Virus record (IMG/VR): IMGVR_UViG_3300028591_000010 | Coordinates: 32,001 to 96,000 of that record | From: a virus | Lineage: Duplodnaviria > Caudoviricetes | Strand: one strand, 5' to 3' | Length of the DNA: 64,000 nucleotides | Part shown: positions 42,702 through 55,668 of the stretch, in pieces | Layout of the letters: the number at the start of each line of letters is the position of its first letter | Numbering within the stretch: position 1 is the first letter of the stretch | The notes under the pieces: model-generated | The model's input: the letters and a program-made list of their open reading frames with translations, nothing else | Databases searched by the model: none | What the model was told of the DNA's origin: nothing | Position numbers and translations under genes: made by a program

Positions 42702-43118
42702 ATGAGCAAGATTTTAAGAGTAATTGATCCGTTTTTTACAATGGATGTCGACGATACATTTACTCTGTCTGACGACGGTAAGAGTTATGTAGCTGAGAGA
42801 AATGAGGAATTCCACACCGCTAAAGATGATGGTGATTTGAGTTCTACTTTTAGTTCTACGTTCACGCTGTCTCCAAAATGGGCACAGCATCTTATCGAAG
42901 AAGGTTATCTTGAGGAGGTTACTCCTACTGAGAAACCAAGCAAAGATTTTGTAAACGTATTTGATGAAATTGATAAACTTATTGAGAAGTACAATGCAGA
43001 ACTTGTTCAGCTTCCAAAGACAATGGCAGATACACCAGAATGTCTGAGAGTTGAGAAGACTACAGTACTTACAAACCTCTTGAAGGTTTTGAATTATCTT
43101 AAGTCATTGAGAAAATAA
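42702..43118 (+). CDS. Hypothetical protein, first late gene
   Basis: ATG 42702, MSKILRVIDP. Confidence 0.8.
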   Translation: MSKILRVIDPFFTMDVDDTFTLSDDGKSYVAERNEEFHTAKDDGDLSSTFSSTFTLSPKWAQHLIEEGYLEEVTPTEKPSKDFVNVFDEIDKLIEKYNAELVQLPKTMADTPECLRVEKTTVLTNLLKVLNYLKSLRK

Positions 43119-43522
43119 TGGAAGATAAAGAGATTATCGACCAGTCGCAGCTCGCACAGGACGTAGCCGATAGAATTAAATATAGTTTCTTCGACTACTT
43201 CCTCGTCAAGCCGCTGGAACCGGTCAAAGTAAAGAAAGAGTTTAGTAAACCTGTCGATGCCAAGACAACTGTAGATGCAGATGGTATTGAAGCACAAGAC
43301 TTCGAAAAGGTTGAGACAGAGGTTAAAGAAGTTGATTCTGATTATCGCAAGGGTGTTGTTATCAAGTGTCCAACATATTACGGCGAAGAAGGTGCAAAGA
43401 TGCACGCTAAAGTCGGCGATGTTGTGATATTCAGAGATGCTGCAGGTTTGAGATTCGATCTGGTTAAAGATAGCAGATTGCTCAGACTCTACGATATCTT
43501 AGGAATTGAAGAGACAGTGTGA
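43118..43522 (+). CDS. groES: GroES/Cpn10-like co-chaperonin
   Basis: DYFLVKP..long mobile loop..KGVVIK..KVGDVVIF..LLRLYDILG. Confidence 0.7.
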   Translation: MEDKEIIDQSQLAQDVADRIKYSFFDYFLVKPLEPVKVKKEFSKPVDAKTTVDADGIEAQDFEKVETEVKEVDSDYRKGVVIKCPTYYGEEGAKMHAKVGDVVIFRDAAGLRFDLVKDSRLLRLYDILGIEETV

Positions 43523-43734
43523 TAACAATTGAAGATGTAATCAAAGAAGTATCTAAAAGAACTGGAATAGACAAGGATATAGTTGCTACAATATGTAAAC
43601 ATCCATTCGAATGTACAGTAGAGACTATGAAAGATCCAGAAGCTAGTCAAGATATACTATTCAATCAGTTGTTCAAGTTCAAACTAAAGAGACGCTTCAA
43701 AGAAAACAAAACCCAAAAATATAGTTCAAGATGA
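43519..43734 (+). CDS. HU/IHF-like DNA-binding protein
   Basis: IEDVIKEVSKRTGIDKDIVATI..LFKFKLK. Confidence 0.65.
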   Translation: MITIEDVIKEVSKRTGIDKDIVATICKHPFECTVETMKDPEASQDILFNQLFKFKLKRRFKENKTQKYSSR

Positions 43735-44084
43735 AGACGATGTACATTAGAGAGGGCAGTAATATGACAGTAGACTTCGATACAAATGAAGTTAGTCATA
43801 TCCCCTCAGCAAGAGAAGCTATTTAGCGTATTTATGTTGCTCCAGAGCCCATGCATGTTGTTTACCAGAGTGGTGATCGTAAAGAGGAAGCTGATGTCGA
43901 AAAAGACGATGTTATTGTGACATTCTACACTGATGAGTTCGATAAGCGAATGATTGTTGTAAAGAGTGCAGAGTGGACAGCTAACATTACAGCTTATGAG
44001 AAGCGCATGGAAGAAGTAAAATGGAAGCAAGCTGAACAATGTGCCGAACCGTGTTGTGATGAATGTAATTTGAAAGCGGCATAA
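43731..44084 (+). CDS. Hypothetical protein, one TAG=Gln
   Basis: ATGA overlap at 43731; TAG 43824-43826 in frame with the 43851 fragment; Cys-rich tail ending LKAA. Confidence 0.75.
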
Positions 44085-44104
44085 TCAGATAAAAATATAA
44101 AGTC

Positions 44105-44446
44105 ATGAAGAAAGAAACTAAAACTAAGAAAACAACGAAGAAGACTGTAAGCCCTAAGTTTATTGTAGATCTTACTAAGGCAGAGAGTGCTACTGATGTA
44201 TATGCTCAGTTTGCTCTTGCTAAGCAGGAAGCAGGTCTTCCTCTCTCTAACGAAGAGTTCAACGCTATAATGCTTATAGCAGGTGTTGTAGCTGTAGAAG
44301 CTCTTGGAGAGGCAATAAATAAGGTATCTAAGAGCATTGAGATTAAGAACGACGAGAAGCTGGTATTCGATGCTAAGGGTCACTTTACAGTTAAGAAACC
44401 TAATATTTTCCGTAGATTCTGGAATTGGATCACAAGGAAGAAGTGA
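44105..44446 (+). CDS. Hypothetical protein
   Basis: 113 aa with amphipathic tail IFRRFWNWITRKK. Confidence 0.8.
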   Translation: MKKETKTKKTTKKTVSPKFIVDLTKAESATDVYAQFALAKQEAGLPLSNEEFNAIMLIAGVVAVEALGEAINKVSKSIEIKNDEKLVFDAKGHFTVKKPNIFRRFWNWITRKK

Positions 44447-44532
44447 TGATACAGCCGATACGTGGGAGGCTGAGATCCTGGTGGCCACTAGGACCCACGT
44501 GATACATAAGTTAAAGTTAAAATTAGTTGGTA

Positions 44533-44583
44533 GATCTACGATAGGTCCTTATCAAGAGCGAGGTTCGAATCCTCGGTAGATCG
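44533..44583 (+). ncRNA. tRNA-like minihelix
   Basis: GATCTAC/GTAGATC acceptor, CGAGG-TTCGAAT-CCTCG T arm and a single small hairpin between. Confidence 0.65.
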
Positions 44584-44629
44584 CTCTAATATGAGTATAT
44601 TAGGCATAATCATGTAAAATTTAAATTTT

Positions 44630-44680
44630 GGTGGTTTTGGAACAGTTTCGGCTGGGAGGTTCGATTCCTCCACCAACCAC
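44630..44680 (+). ncRNA. tRNA-like element abutting the suppressor tRNA
   Basis: CAGT-TTCG-GCTG hairpin plus GGAGG-TTCGATT-CCTCC; imperfect GTGGTT/AACCAC stem. Confidence 0.5.
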
Positions 44681-44755
44681 TGCTCCATGGTGTAATGGTA
44701 GCACGGGAGGCTCTAACCCTCCAGGCCCGGGTTCGATTCGATGGTGGGGCGACCA
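44681..44755 (+). tRNA. Amber suppressor tRNA(CUA), Gln-type body
   Basis: TGCTCCA/TGGGGCG-A-CCA acceptor, TGGTGTAATGGTAGCAC D arm, GGAGG-CTCTAAC-CCTCC (CTA at 44713-44715); irregular T stem. Confidence 0.9.
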
Positions 44756-44781
44756 ATATAATTATAAAAGGTATAAAGCAG

Positions 44782-45291
44782 ATGACTATTAATTTTAAGA
44801 AACTTTCAGATAAGGCTGTAACGCCTACACGTGCCACCAACAGTGGTGCAGGATACAATTTGACCGCTGCTGAAATCACAACTGAGATTAACGAGCGTGG
44901 TCAGCTGATATTAGTATATCACACAAAGATTGGTGTAGAGATTCCTGAGGGATATGAAGGAATTCTTCGTCCTATGCCCGGTATTGTAACTAAGACGTTG
45001 CGTATGTGCGATGCTCCTAGTGTAATTACAGGCAATATCGACGACGAGCTTACTGTACACTTTGTGTCTACGACAGATGTTGTACCTGCAGTATACAAGG
45101 AAGGCGAGCAGATTGCTCAGCTTGTACTCAACAAGATTGAAGACGTAGAGTTCGTTGAGATCGTTGAGCCTGTAACCGAAGATAGCGCAGCTACGGAAAC
45201 TCAGAGTCCTTCAGAAGGTGAAGGCATGCCTACAAACTCTGAGCCCGCACCAGAGCCAGCGGCTGGGGAGAACGCCCCTGAGCAGGCATAA
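44782..45291 (+). CDS. dUTPase-fold protein with degenerate active site
   Basis: FKKLSDKAVTPTRA..GAGYNL..IPEGYEGILRP..GEQIAQLV; catalytic motifs altered and motif V replaced by an acidic tail. Confidence 0.75.
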   Translation: MTINFKKLSDKAVTPTRATNSGAGYNLTAAEITTEINERGQLILVYHTKIGVEIPEGYEGILRPMPGIVTKTLRMCDAPSVITGNIDDELTVHFVSTTDVVPAVYKEGEQIAQLVLNKIEDVEFVEIVEPVTEDSAATETQSPSEGEGMPTNSEPAPEPAAGENAPEQA

Positions 45292-45409
45292 TAATAACGT
45301 TATAAAAGCCTGGGTAACCGGCGTCTGAGATGGGGCAATGGTTACAACGGAAAGGGAGTCCAAAAGGGCTCCCTTGACCCGTATATATAAACATCAAAAG
45401 AGTGCTCTA

Positions 45410-47314
45410 ATGGAAAAGATTAATTTTAGATTTTTAAATTACAAACATTACGATACGTTTTTACGTGATCTGAACGATAATGTTACGCTGGAGCGTCCAT
45501 ATGGTGCGATCAGGTAGGATGCTATCGTATTTATACAAGACAAACTTCGTATTTGGGCACGCGGTAAAGAATATGTCTGTGATGGACAATATACTTCAAA
45601 TATTGAAGGTAATACTTTAACCTTCAAAAATAATTCAGATGATGTAATCTTCACCCTTTCTTAGTCTGACGGGACAATAACATTTACAGATTCTAACGGA
45701 AATGCCGTAACGGGTTCGTATGTACTGGATAAAACATTTTCAGATACTATTACTGATATAAGAAGATCTATAGAAACTAAATAGGAGAAACTTACAGCCA
45801 GATATCCTATATTTATAGATAATAATGTAATAGGAGCTAATATTGATGTAGAATTATATGTTATTGTAACTGAATTACCAGACACATCTCTTGCAAATAC
45901 AAATAAGATATATTTACATGAGATTCCCGATGGTAATGGTGGATTTAAATATAATCAATATAGAGTTAGAAATGGACAATGGGTGCCTATAGGAGGTACA
46001 CAACTAAACGTAGACTTATCCAGATATCTTAAATCTGAAACAGCTGCATTATTATATCAACCGATAGGCAATTATTTAACATCTGTAGACCTTACTGGGT
46101 ATGCAAAACTTACAGATATAGAAGATCTCCATATAAATAATTTTGTCCAGCTTGAATATCTTAGAGATAATTACGCATTAAAATCGTGGGTTGAAGATAC
46201 GTTTGTAAAGAAATCAAACGTGTACGATCCAGATTTATCATCTGGTTTAGGTGAAAGTACAAATTCTAACCCGTCATCGGGAGGAATAGTAATACCATCT
46301 GCCCCTACTGTAATAGTAGACAGTATTCTTGATGAAACTTCTTCAAATGCTATAGAGAATAGAGCTGTAACAATAGCGTTACAGAATAGAGCTACAAAAG
46401 AAGACCTAAGAGAATACGCCAAAAAGACTGATTTGAATAGTAAAGCGGATACATCTGTTTTAGACAATTATGTAACAGCTACTAAACATCAGTAGGATAT
46501 TGATACAAAACAAGACATTCTTACAGCAGGAAGAGGAATATCTATTATAAATAATGTAATAAGTTCTACTCTTGATACAAATATATATATTATTGTACAA
46601 GAACTTCCTGAAAGTGGAGACCCAAACAAAATATATTTGCTGGAAACCTACGACGACGGAACGCCTATTTATACTGAATATAGGTGGGATGTAGATAGAG
46701 GTTGGATAGAGCAGAGACAGATTAATCCAGAAATAGACTTATCTGGCTATCTAACTAGATCCGATGCCGCTACTACATATCAACCTGTAGGAGATTACGC
46801 TACTAGAACAGAAGTAAACAATGCTCATCAAGATATTGTTGACAACTATGCTACTAATGAAGAGTTAGAGACCGTAGACAATAGATTTAATGATTATTCG
46901 TCAAAAGACGATTTAGAATCATTAAGAGAAAATATAAATAACGCGTTCTAGAGAAAAGGAGATTATGCTATTGCTTCAGATGTAGCTACAGCATTTTTAA
47001 TTTTACAATAGATCATTGATCAAAAATACGTCTTAAAGAAGGATGTATATATACCTCCTAAAGGTAAATGGAGTGCAGAAAGAGGCACTCCTATATCTAT
47101 AGCTGGAGCTTCTGGTGGAGTTTCGTTAGGCGACGGAAGCAGTTTAATTACTCTTACCGAAAAAGAATATTAGCTTCTTGTAGAGAATGATATGATCGAC
47201 GATTCTGTATATTATTTTACATACGAAGGAGAAATAAATTGGACATTCGGAGGTACGTTCCCGATCATCTTAGGTGGTGAAGGCATTGGTACACTCCCAA
47301 TAACATTGACATAA
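45410..47314 (+). CDS. Tail fibre-like protein (~634 aa), TAG=Gln
   Basis: Frame +2 readthrough joins the 45983 and 46637 fragments; internal repeats KQxxLTA..NNVI, ELP..NKIYL and DLSGYL. Confidence 0.8.
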
Positions 47315-47315
47315 T

Positions 47316-48809
47316 ATGAATTTAAATCATAATACAAATAAACAAACAGGTGATCAGCTTACGGCAGCCGAATGGAACAATCTTGCTGCAGATGTAAACG
47401 AATTGGGTGCTGGCGGTGGTTCTAATAGCGGATCAGCAGCAGCCATCGATACAAATGGTGTAGTCTCTGTAAACAGCAAAGGTAATACAACTATCTCTGC
47501 TACAAAGCATATTAATATCGAACCTGCTTACGTTGCTAATGGTGGCGAAGGAACATACGGAGACGTTCAGATTAAGCCAGGTGATGATATTACACTTGAA
47601 TCGCATCATAGAGCTACTGATAAACGCGATGAGATCACAATTAAGACCTCTAATGGTCAGGATGGTGCTGCTAAAGCTCCTGTAAAACTGCAGGTAATTG
47701 CAGCAGATATGACTCTATCTTCTAAGGGTAAAACTGAAGATCCTAACGTAATGAACGTTAACGTTACCACTGGTAGTGGTAAAGGTTATCTAAAGGTTCG
47801 TGCACAAGCTATTGATCTCCGTTGTGAGGAACATGGTGGTATCGCTCTTCAGCCTAAAGGTAAAGACAGTCAGAACCACATGAACAAGATTAAGTTCGAA
47901 CACGGTGGCGGTGATGGTCTTGAGTTTGGTACATTCAACACGGAGAAGACGTCCATCTTTACAGATGAATATCGCTTCAATAGAGAAGGTGTTTGGAAGA
48001 TGGCTACACGTCAGACACAAGCTTCTGACAAAGCAGATGTTAATGATGATACTACTGCATTGAAGTATGTAAAGTAGGCTGATGATTTCTATGATGTAAT
48101 CTCATTGACCGATGAGCAGTGTACCACTAAAGACATCATTAAGACTGCTTATGCAATGAACGGCGGCAAAGATCGTCATACTAAGATTACTAATAAAGGT
48201 GCTATTGAGATTGCTACAAATTCTACATATACTGTAGTAATTGAACAAGATCCAATTGAAGAATCTTTTACTCCTGTATACGAAAATGAACCTGTAAATG
48301 GACCCCAAGAAGGTAGTGGCGGCAATACTGCAACGCCAATTGCATTGATCTCTACAAAGATAGCAGGACTTGCATCAGTATCAGCTGGAGATGTATTTAA
48401 TGAAGGTGATTTCGAAACACTCCCAACAGCAAGTACAATTTATACTAATGGCACACAGAATTTCTCATTTACAGAAGTAGCTGCTCCGGCTATTAAGATT
48501 GAGTCAGGTGGCGAACTGAAACTCGGCGGCATCCTTGACTTTGGTAGTTCATTCAACTTTGGTGAAACTGATAATGGTATTGAATTCCAGTACAAGCTTA
48601 CTAAGAAGAACGCTGAGAAGGACTGTGGTGTGCTGAAGGTAGTTGGTGTAAATAATCATGCTACTAACGATCTTACAGTAGAAGGAATAACGATCGCTCC
48701 AGGACAGTCTGCTACTATCGCACAATGCTCGGTACTTGATATTATCAAGCTTGTAAATTACATGAAGAATAATAATCAAGGTCCCTGGACAGTACAATCA
48801 AATCCTTAA
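47316..48809 (+). CDS. Virion structural protein (~497 aa), one TAG=Gln
   Basis: 47316 and 48105 fragments are in the same frame, separated by TAG 48075-48077; NKQTGDQLTAAEWN N-terminus. Confidence 0.8.
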
Positions 48810-48815
48810 TAAACT

Positions 48816-49004
48816 ATGATACACATAAACAATCATAATATAACTGGTGTTTATAGTGGACATAGAGATATTGTAAAAGTATTTAGCGGGCTTAAGCTCG
48901 TATGGAGTAAAGTAACAGAAATATTGAGTTGTTATTCTAATGGGTATTGGATTGATCAATACCCATGGATAGACGATGCTTTCTGGAAAGACAATTTTAA
49001 TTAA
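48816..49004 (+). CDS. Small tail-associated protein
   Basis: 62-aa ORF tightly packed between neighbours. Confidence 0.75.
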   Translation: MIHINNHNITGVYSGHRDIVKVFSGLKLVWSKVTEILSCYSNGYWIDQYPWIDDAFWKDNFN

Positions 49005-49005
49005 T

Positions 49006-52000
49006 ATGGACGAACAATTATATACAAATAAAATAAACGAGTTTGTTGACTGGGTGTCCGGTGAAAATGTTTTTACTGGAGAGCAGGTTACAGGCGGATA
49101 GAAAGTGTCTGGAGGTAGCATTAGGGAATTATTACAAGAAAGACTTAGACATCCTATTGTAGTAGACGAAGACCAAAAATAGAACTTATATAGGTTTTTC
49201 TCTAGTGATACAGCTAAAAATTTGTATTATGAAAATCCTTCTGATAATGCCGGATTACAGTTATTTACTGTACCAAGGCCAAGTGACTACACATTAACCC
49301 TTACTATTTCGAACGATGGAGACAGATACGTTAAGTTGGGTGACGACGTTACAGATAAAACAAAAATGTAGTTCACGTGGAAGATTCATAACGATAGAGA
49401 AGATGATACTTCCGACATACTTAACATAACGTATGTAATAACGAATGCAGACGGTTCTTCATATACATTTACTCGTAGACGCAATCATCATTAGGCAGAG
49501 GACTATTCATTATACGAATATATTAAACCCGGTGTAAATAACGTTTCTATAGAAGCAAGGGGAAGTTCTACTGGAGCTTTACGCACCTTGAGTTTTAAAA
49601 TAATAGTACTTGATTTACGTGTAACGTGTAATTTTAATTTTGCAGGAAGTCATGCTAGAAACGAAGCTTTGCGTATACCTTATACATTCTACAGAAACAA
49701 TACAGATGGTACGGCAAAGATATATTTCTGTGTAGACGGTGTAGAACTACCTTAGGCCACAGTCGACGTATTTGAAGGCGGATAGTTAACAATTGAGGAT
49801 TCCGGTAAAATGATAAGTCCTACATTGACTGCAGGACAGCATTCATTATAGGTTTATGCGTTGGCCAATTATGACGGTCTTGATGTATATAGCAATATAT
49901 TGTATTTTACATTTGTAATAGATTCAAATGAAGCAGGTGCTATAGATAAATTTATAAACGTAGCAACTTCTTTAACTAGTGGTATACCTCCATTTAGTAC
50001 TTTAACATTATCCGGAGTATAGTATTATGCGTCTCAATTAAGATGGTCGTATTATACATATGCAGCTAATACTGATACAAAACTATCTATAACTTGGAAA
50101 CTTCTTGAAGGAGAAAACGATCAAGATCCGCAAGTATTTTCACCAATAGACGCACAGACTGGTTATGAACCAGACGCACTGGACTATACACCTATTATAT
50201 ATACAAAAACAGAATAGCTGTATTTAGCTGCATATTATACAGCATAGGGAACAGAGACGTAGTTGATTAGAATACCAATACAGATAATTCAGAATAACAC
50301 TCTTAAGGATATATATGAGACTGACAACTATGAATTAAAGATGTCTGCATATGGCAGAACAAACGGAAGTGCAGATAGAGCTGTATGGAACGATGTAACA
50401 GATACAATAACTACTACGTTTACAGGAATTGACTGGAACCCTAATTCAGGATGGTATGAGAATAGTTTTAGAACATCTGGTATCGGTCATTATGCTGTAA
50501 TAAATTTTGAACCTTTCTCCACGTTTTCTTTCGAATATGGTAAAACTATAGAAATAGAATTCGAATCGGAGAAAGTAAATGACGCATCTGATAAACTTAT
50601 AGTTATAGGCAATCCTGATGGTGCACGCATTGAGATTACTCCTAATACAGCTACATTATATGCAAATAAAGTATTTGATTAGACTTTATAGGAATATGTT
50701 GATGCTGAAGTAGTTCATACAAACTATAAACCAAACGAAAGAATAAAGCTCGCATTCATCATAAACAAAGAAGATGAAGATGTATCTAAGAGATCAGTAG
50801 ACGACGGGCTCGCATATATAGTAAACAACGGCATTCTCGAAAGAGGATCGTTAGCTAGCGGTAGATCGTTTAATACAACTGGAGCTCTCGATGGACTTGG
50901 GAACCTTGTTTCTTGCAATATTAAAATAGGCGGATCTAATAGCGGCGTAAGAGTATATAATATAAGAATATACGATAAATCAATATCATATTCAGATGCC
51001 TATAATAATTTCGTATATGACAGCAGCGATAAAGTATCTATAGTAAAAAGAAATAATATACTGAATCAAGGCGAAATATCTTTTGATTAGTGTAGAGATA
51101 TGATTGATACTATAGTCATTACTGGAGATCTTACTAACATCCTCGATCAAACAATGGGCAAGGACGAGTCTACTACAGATGTAATGATAGAACGTTATTG
51201 TTATTATGACGAAACAAAAGATTTCTAGATAGGTGATATAATAGATGATCCTGAAAGACCGGGCAAACAAAAAGTTGTAAACGGTTGTCAAATAAGAAAA
51301 CACGGACAATCTACGCTTAACTATCCTATCGCATCAATGAAGTTCTGGATGAACAAATCTGTATCGGGAGAAGTACCTATTTTTGAAAAGACCGGCCAAA
51401 GTAATATGATGCTTAACAAAAATAGGTATAAGATGAAAAATGGATCTATACCTGCTAATAAGTTTGTGTTACAAGCCAACTATGCAGACTCATCTGGTGT
51501 GCACAATGGAGGATTACTCAGACTCATACAAGATTCTTGGTATAATGCTAGAATAGAAGGCGTAAGTGATCCTTATAAGCTTAGAACTCTGCCATAGTTA
51601 TTTGCTTCTATCAAATCAAACGAGAAATCTAATTACGGATTAAAGCATGTATGGGCAGATTATTTTCCAAAGAATGACTTCCCATATACTATAAGAATTG
51701 CTCCAGATTCATTTCCATGTGCAGTATTTTATAAAGATTTGAGCGGTTCGGGCAAACATGTGTTCTTAGGACAATATGTTTTCATGGATGATAAAAAATC
51801 TGATTTCTGTTTCGGAGAACGTTCTATATATAAAGTACAAGCGGATCCATTTTGTCTTACTGTTACCCATAAAGATGAAGATACTAATACCAATAAAATT
51901 TGGGATAACAGTAACGTACTTCAAATAGAAGTACTTGAGATTAATAAAAACTATTCATCTTATATAACAGATCAAGGATTTGATACATTCTCGGGTAGTA

Positions 52001-55000
52001 GATATGGATGGGAATCTCAATTTGAGATGATATATCCAGATCCAGATGACATAGAAAAAGATGACTAGAAGAACGGATTAAATAAGGGTAATCCTAATTC
52101 TAAGTTTGCAAAAACAGCTAAACCGTTCGTAGATTGGTACAAATGGTTAATAAGTACTAGAAACAACCATCAGAAATTTAGAGACGAAGCAGCAGACCAT
52201 CTTGACCTATATAAGCTTGCGGCATATTATATATTTGTATTAAGATTTGCACTTGTTGACTCGTTAGAACGTAATGCTCAGATTAAAACGTATGATGGCG
52301 TACACTTCCATTACGAACCTTGGGATATGGATATTGCCTTAGGTAATAAGAACGATGGTGGTATCGCATTTAATCCTCCTGTAGATCGTAATACTAAGTT
52401 GAATACAACTACGTATGCCATATCTGGTAGATCTGCAGATTAGAATGGAAACATTATAAGTTCTAACTGGTTGTGGGATGCTCTTGAAGCGTGGCCAATG
52501 TGGATGAACGAAATTGTTCCAAAAGTGGCAGATGCTTTATTTAAAACGGGTATACTTACTTACGATAATGTAAGTAATATGTTTGATACAGAATATGCGA
52601 ACAAGTGGTGCGAGATTATGTATAACAGAAGTGGCCACTTTAAGTATGTAGAATCTGCAGGTGGCGATTTTACTCGTTGGCTCGGGTGGTTACAGGGAGC
52701 TCGTATGTCACACAGACACTGGTGGTTAAGTACTTCAATGGACTATTATGACGCAAAATGGTTCTGTGGTGATTATAAAGCACACAAAATATATCTTGCA
52801 GCAAACGTATCAGCTGACCCTAATAAATACATTAGGGTAACGCCGAACGGTTCTACATATATGACTGTAACCGTAAACCAGCTTGATGAAAACGATAACG
52901 AAATAGAGGGTAGTGAAGAAGTAGATACCACAAGAGAAGTATCAAAATAGAATCCTTTAATATATAGTATGGAAGACGGAGCTAGTACAAAAGCTCCTAT
53001 ACACATATACGGTGCAAACTTTATGGAATCTATAGATATGAGTGATATTGCTACCGGTATAGATGGATTAGACTTAGTTGGTACATATTCTGAAGTATTA
53101 GGCGCTCCTCTTAGAGAACTTAATATAGGTACTCCATTAGTAGGAAGCGGTAATTAGTTTACAACAATACTTAGTCCATCTACATGTGGTGTATCTCCTG
53201 TTCAAAGTGGCAAAAATGCATTCTAGAATCTTGAGACGTTGAATATTCGAGGACATAAGCACCTCGGTAACGTATTACAGTTCACGTTTGGTATCAATTA
53301 GTGGATTAGAGACTTAAACATGACTCAGCTCAAGAATTTCTATGCTATGGGCTCTAATCTAATTAACTTTTATAGTTCTAACGACGGTAATAATTTTAAC
53401 GATATAGAGCTTCCTTCATCTGTATCCATATTAAATATAAAGAACTCTACATGGAACAACATGACGTTCTGGGATACTATAGAAGGATAGAATGAACAAG
53501 CTACTCTAAATTATCATCAAACAGAAATAGATACTGGCATATATACAAATATACCTCCGACTGTAAGTGAGGTGCACTTCTTAGGATCTACAGGTAGAAC
53601 TAGAGAATCATTGTTATTTATTAGAGAGTGGATTAAATCTATTGTAGCAACTTATGGAGAGAGTGCTCTTTCTAATTACACTCTCGAAATGGATGATGTA
53701 TTCTGGTCACCTGATGTAATAGGAAATGATAATGATCTGCTTACGTACGACGAACTCAGACTTATATCTAAAACAAGTGGCGGACATCCTAATATTAGAG
53801 GATACGTTATGCTGAAATACGAAGGAGCTGGAACAGAGCTTACCTCGCAACAGCTTACAGAAATACGTAACTGGTTTGGAGATTCTGTATTTACTAAAGG
53901 TTCAGCTGGTCTTGTAGTCGACTATAAACACGATTATATTCAGATAAATATTGGTGGTGATATCACCATAGTAAACGGTGATGTTTATCTAACAGAAGGA
54001 AACAATGCCATTCTTAGTGCTACTGAATTCCATCTTGCTGAACCAGATCAATAGAGTTTGTAGAACTACGTATGGGCATTAAGTGAACATGGATCTGCTC
54101 AAGCATCTCCGTAGATATATGGTGTGAGAATAGAACAGTCTGAACGTGATCACAACTGGTATTTGTTAAGTTCTGAATCATAGGTTGGTCATGATTACCA
54201 AGTAGACGTAAAGGTTGCTGCAGGAAATATTACATATGTAGCTACTATAAATATCATAGCTGCTAAATATCCATCTTCTGTGTTTATCGATGTACAACAA
54301 CCCACTACCGGAGCAGGTAATGTATCTGTTATTAGAACAGTAGGCAATATTGTTACGTTGCATCAAAACGGTATGTAGTGTAATCTGTTTATGTCTACAA
54401 ATGATAATTCTTATACAGCATCTATAAACAGTATATTATACACTATTACTGACGGGGAATATACAACTACATATTCTTCTACAGCAGGTCCTACTTGGAG
54501 TGGCGATTTATATAATGTGGGAGATCATCTTAATATACAAGAGAATACCTAGGCACTTGGTATGAATAATACTAAATGTATTAAAGCTACTGCTATGGGT
54601 GTTCCTTACGATAACACTATATATGAGTATACTGTGACGGCAGTTATTGAATTTACATCTAATAAGAGAATGACTGCTACTAGAAGAATACTTGTTATGA
54701 ACGATGGTGTTGCTGTGGTTTCTGTAATGCAAGAACACATATATAGCGCGTTCTCAACTGCTTGGAATACTTAGTTTGGAGAACAATTGACCAAATCATA
54801 GTTATATAGAACAGATTTGTTATCAATGACCGGCGCTCTTACATTCAATACCAGCGTCGATAATATAATAGCATATTCTGGAACATCTTCAATACTTGCA
54901 TATTTGCCTAATATAACAGATCTTGTATTTGATGGAAATGCTAATTTAACGAGTACGTTCACCACATTGTCTAACGAAACGATAGATCAGTTCATATTTA

Positions 55001-55665
55001 ATAATACTCCAAATTTATAGACGTTATCTATACAAAACTGTTCTAATCTTACGGATGATATAGACTTGAGCATGTGTCCTGAATTGTTAGAAGTTGATGC
55101 TTCTGGAACAACGATTAATGTAAATATTCCCACAGGTTCTAAGATAACTAAATATGAGCTGGGACTTCCCACTGAAGTTAATATTATTAATCCTACTGTA
55201 TTACAACCTAGTGGAGTTGAGTTAGATGGGTATAAAGACATAACGTCTTTGGATATTAGAAATATACCTAATAATAAGACTTACGCCATGTTTGGTAAAA
55301 TAATGTAGAATTATTTTGGTAAAATACTTCTTTATACAGCGTATGATTATAGTGGCGGTAAAATACAGGAAGTAAATGGATCATATGCGTCTGGCAGCTG
55401 GTGTACTACACTTATAAATATAGTTGGACATAATAATATTAAAGCTACTTTTGATTCAACCGGTATTATTGCAACTATTGTTGAGTAGGATAGAGAAAAT
55501 ATATGGAGTTGGATAAATCATACATCTCCTTTTATTGTATCTATTGGAGGATGGTCTGATAGAGCTTATTATATCAGATTTGAAGGTGCTATGAGTTATT
55601 AGCCAACTTACTTTAAAGTTGAAGATACAGATACAAATGAAATACTATTTTATTGGAGGGCTTAA
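49006..55665 (+). CDS. Giant (~2219 aa) tail/receptor-binding protein with CotH-kinase-like and LRR regions; TAG=Gln
   Basis: Nine + strand fragments (50263-55308) are all frame +1 and end at TAG. HGQSTLNYP, LQANYADSS, FLGQYVF, VDSLERN..PWDMDIALG; LRR-like C-terminal half; TAA 55663-55665. Confidence 0.8.
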
Positions 55666-55668
55666 CAT

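Noticed and set aside
44695-44781. N-terminal extension of the dUTPase-like ORF
   Set aside because: Overlaps the suppressor tRNA; the real start is ATG 44782.
45352-45375. Hairpin AAGGGAGTCC-AAAA-GGGCTCCCTT as a terminator
   Set aside because: No U tract; more likely a leader or stabilising structure.
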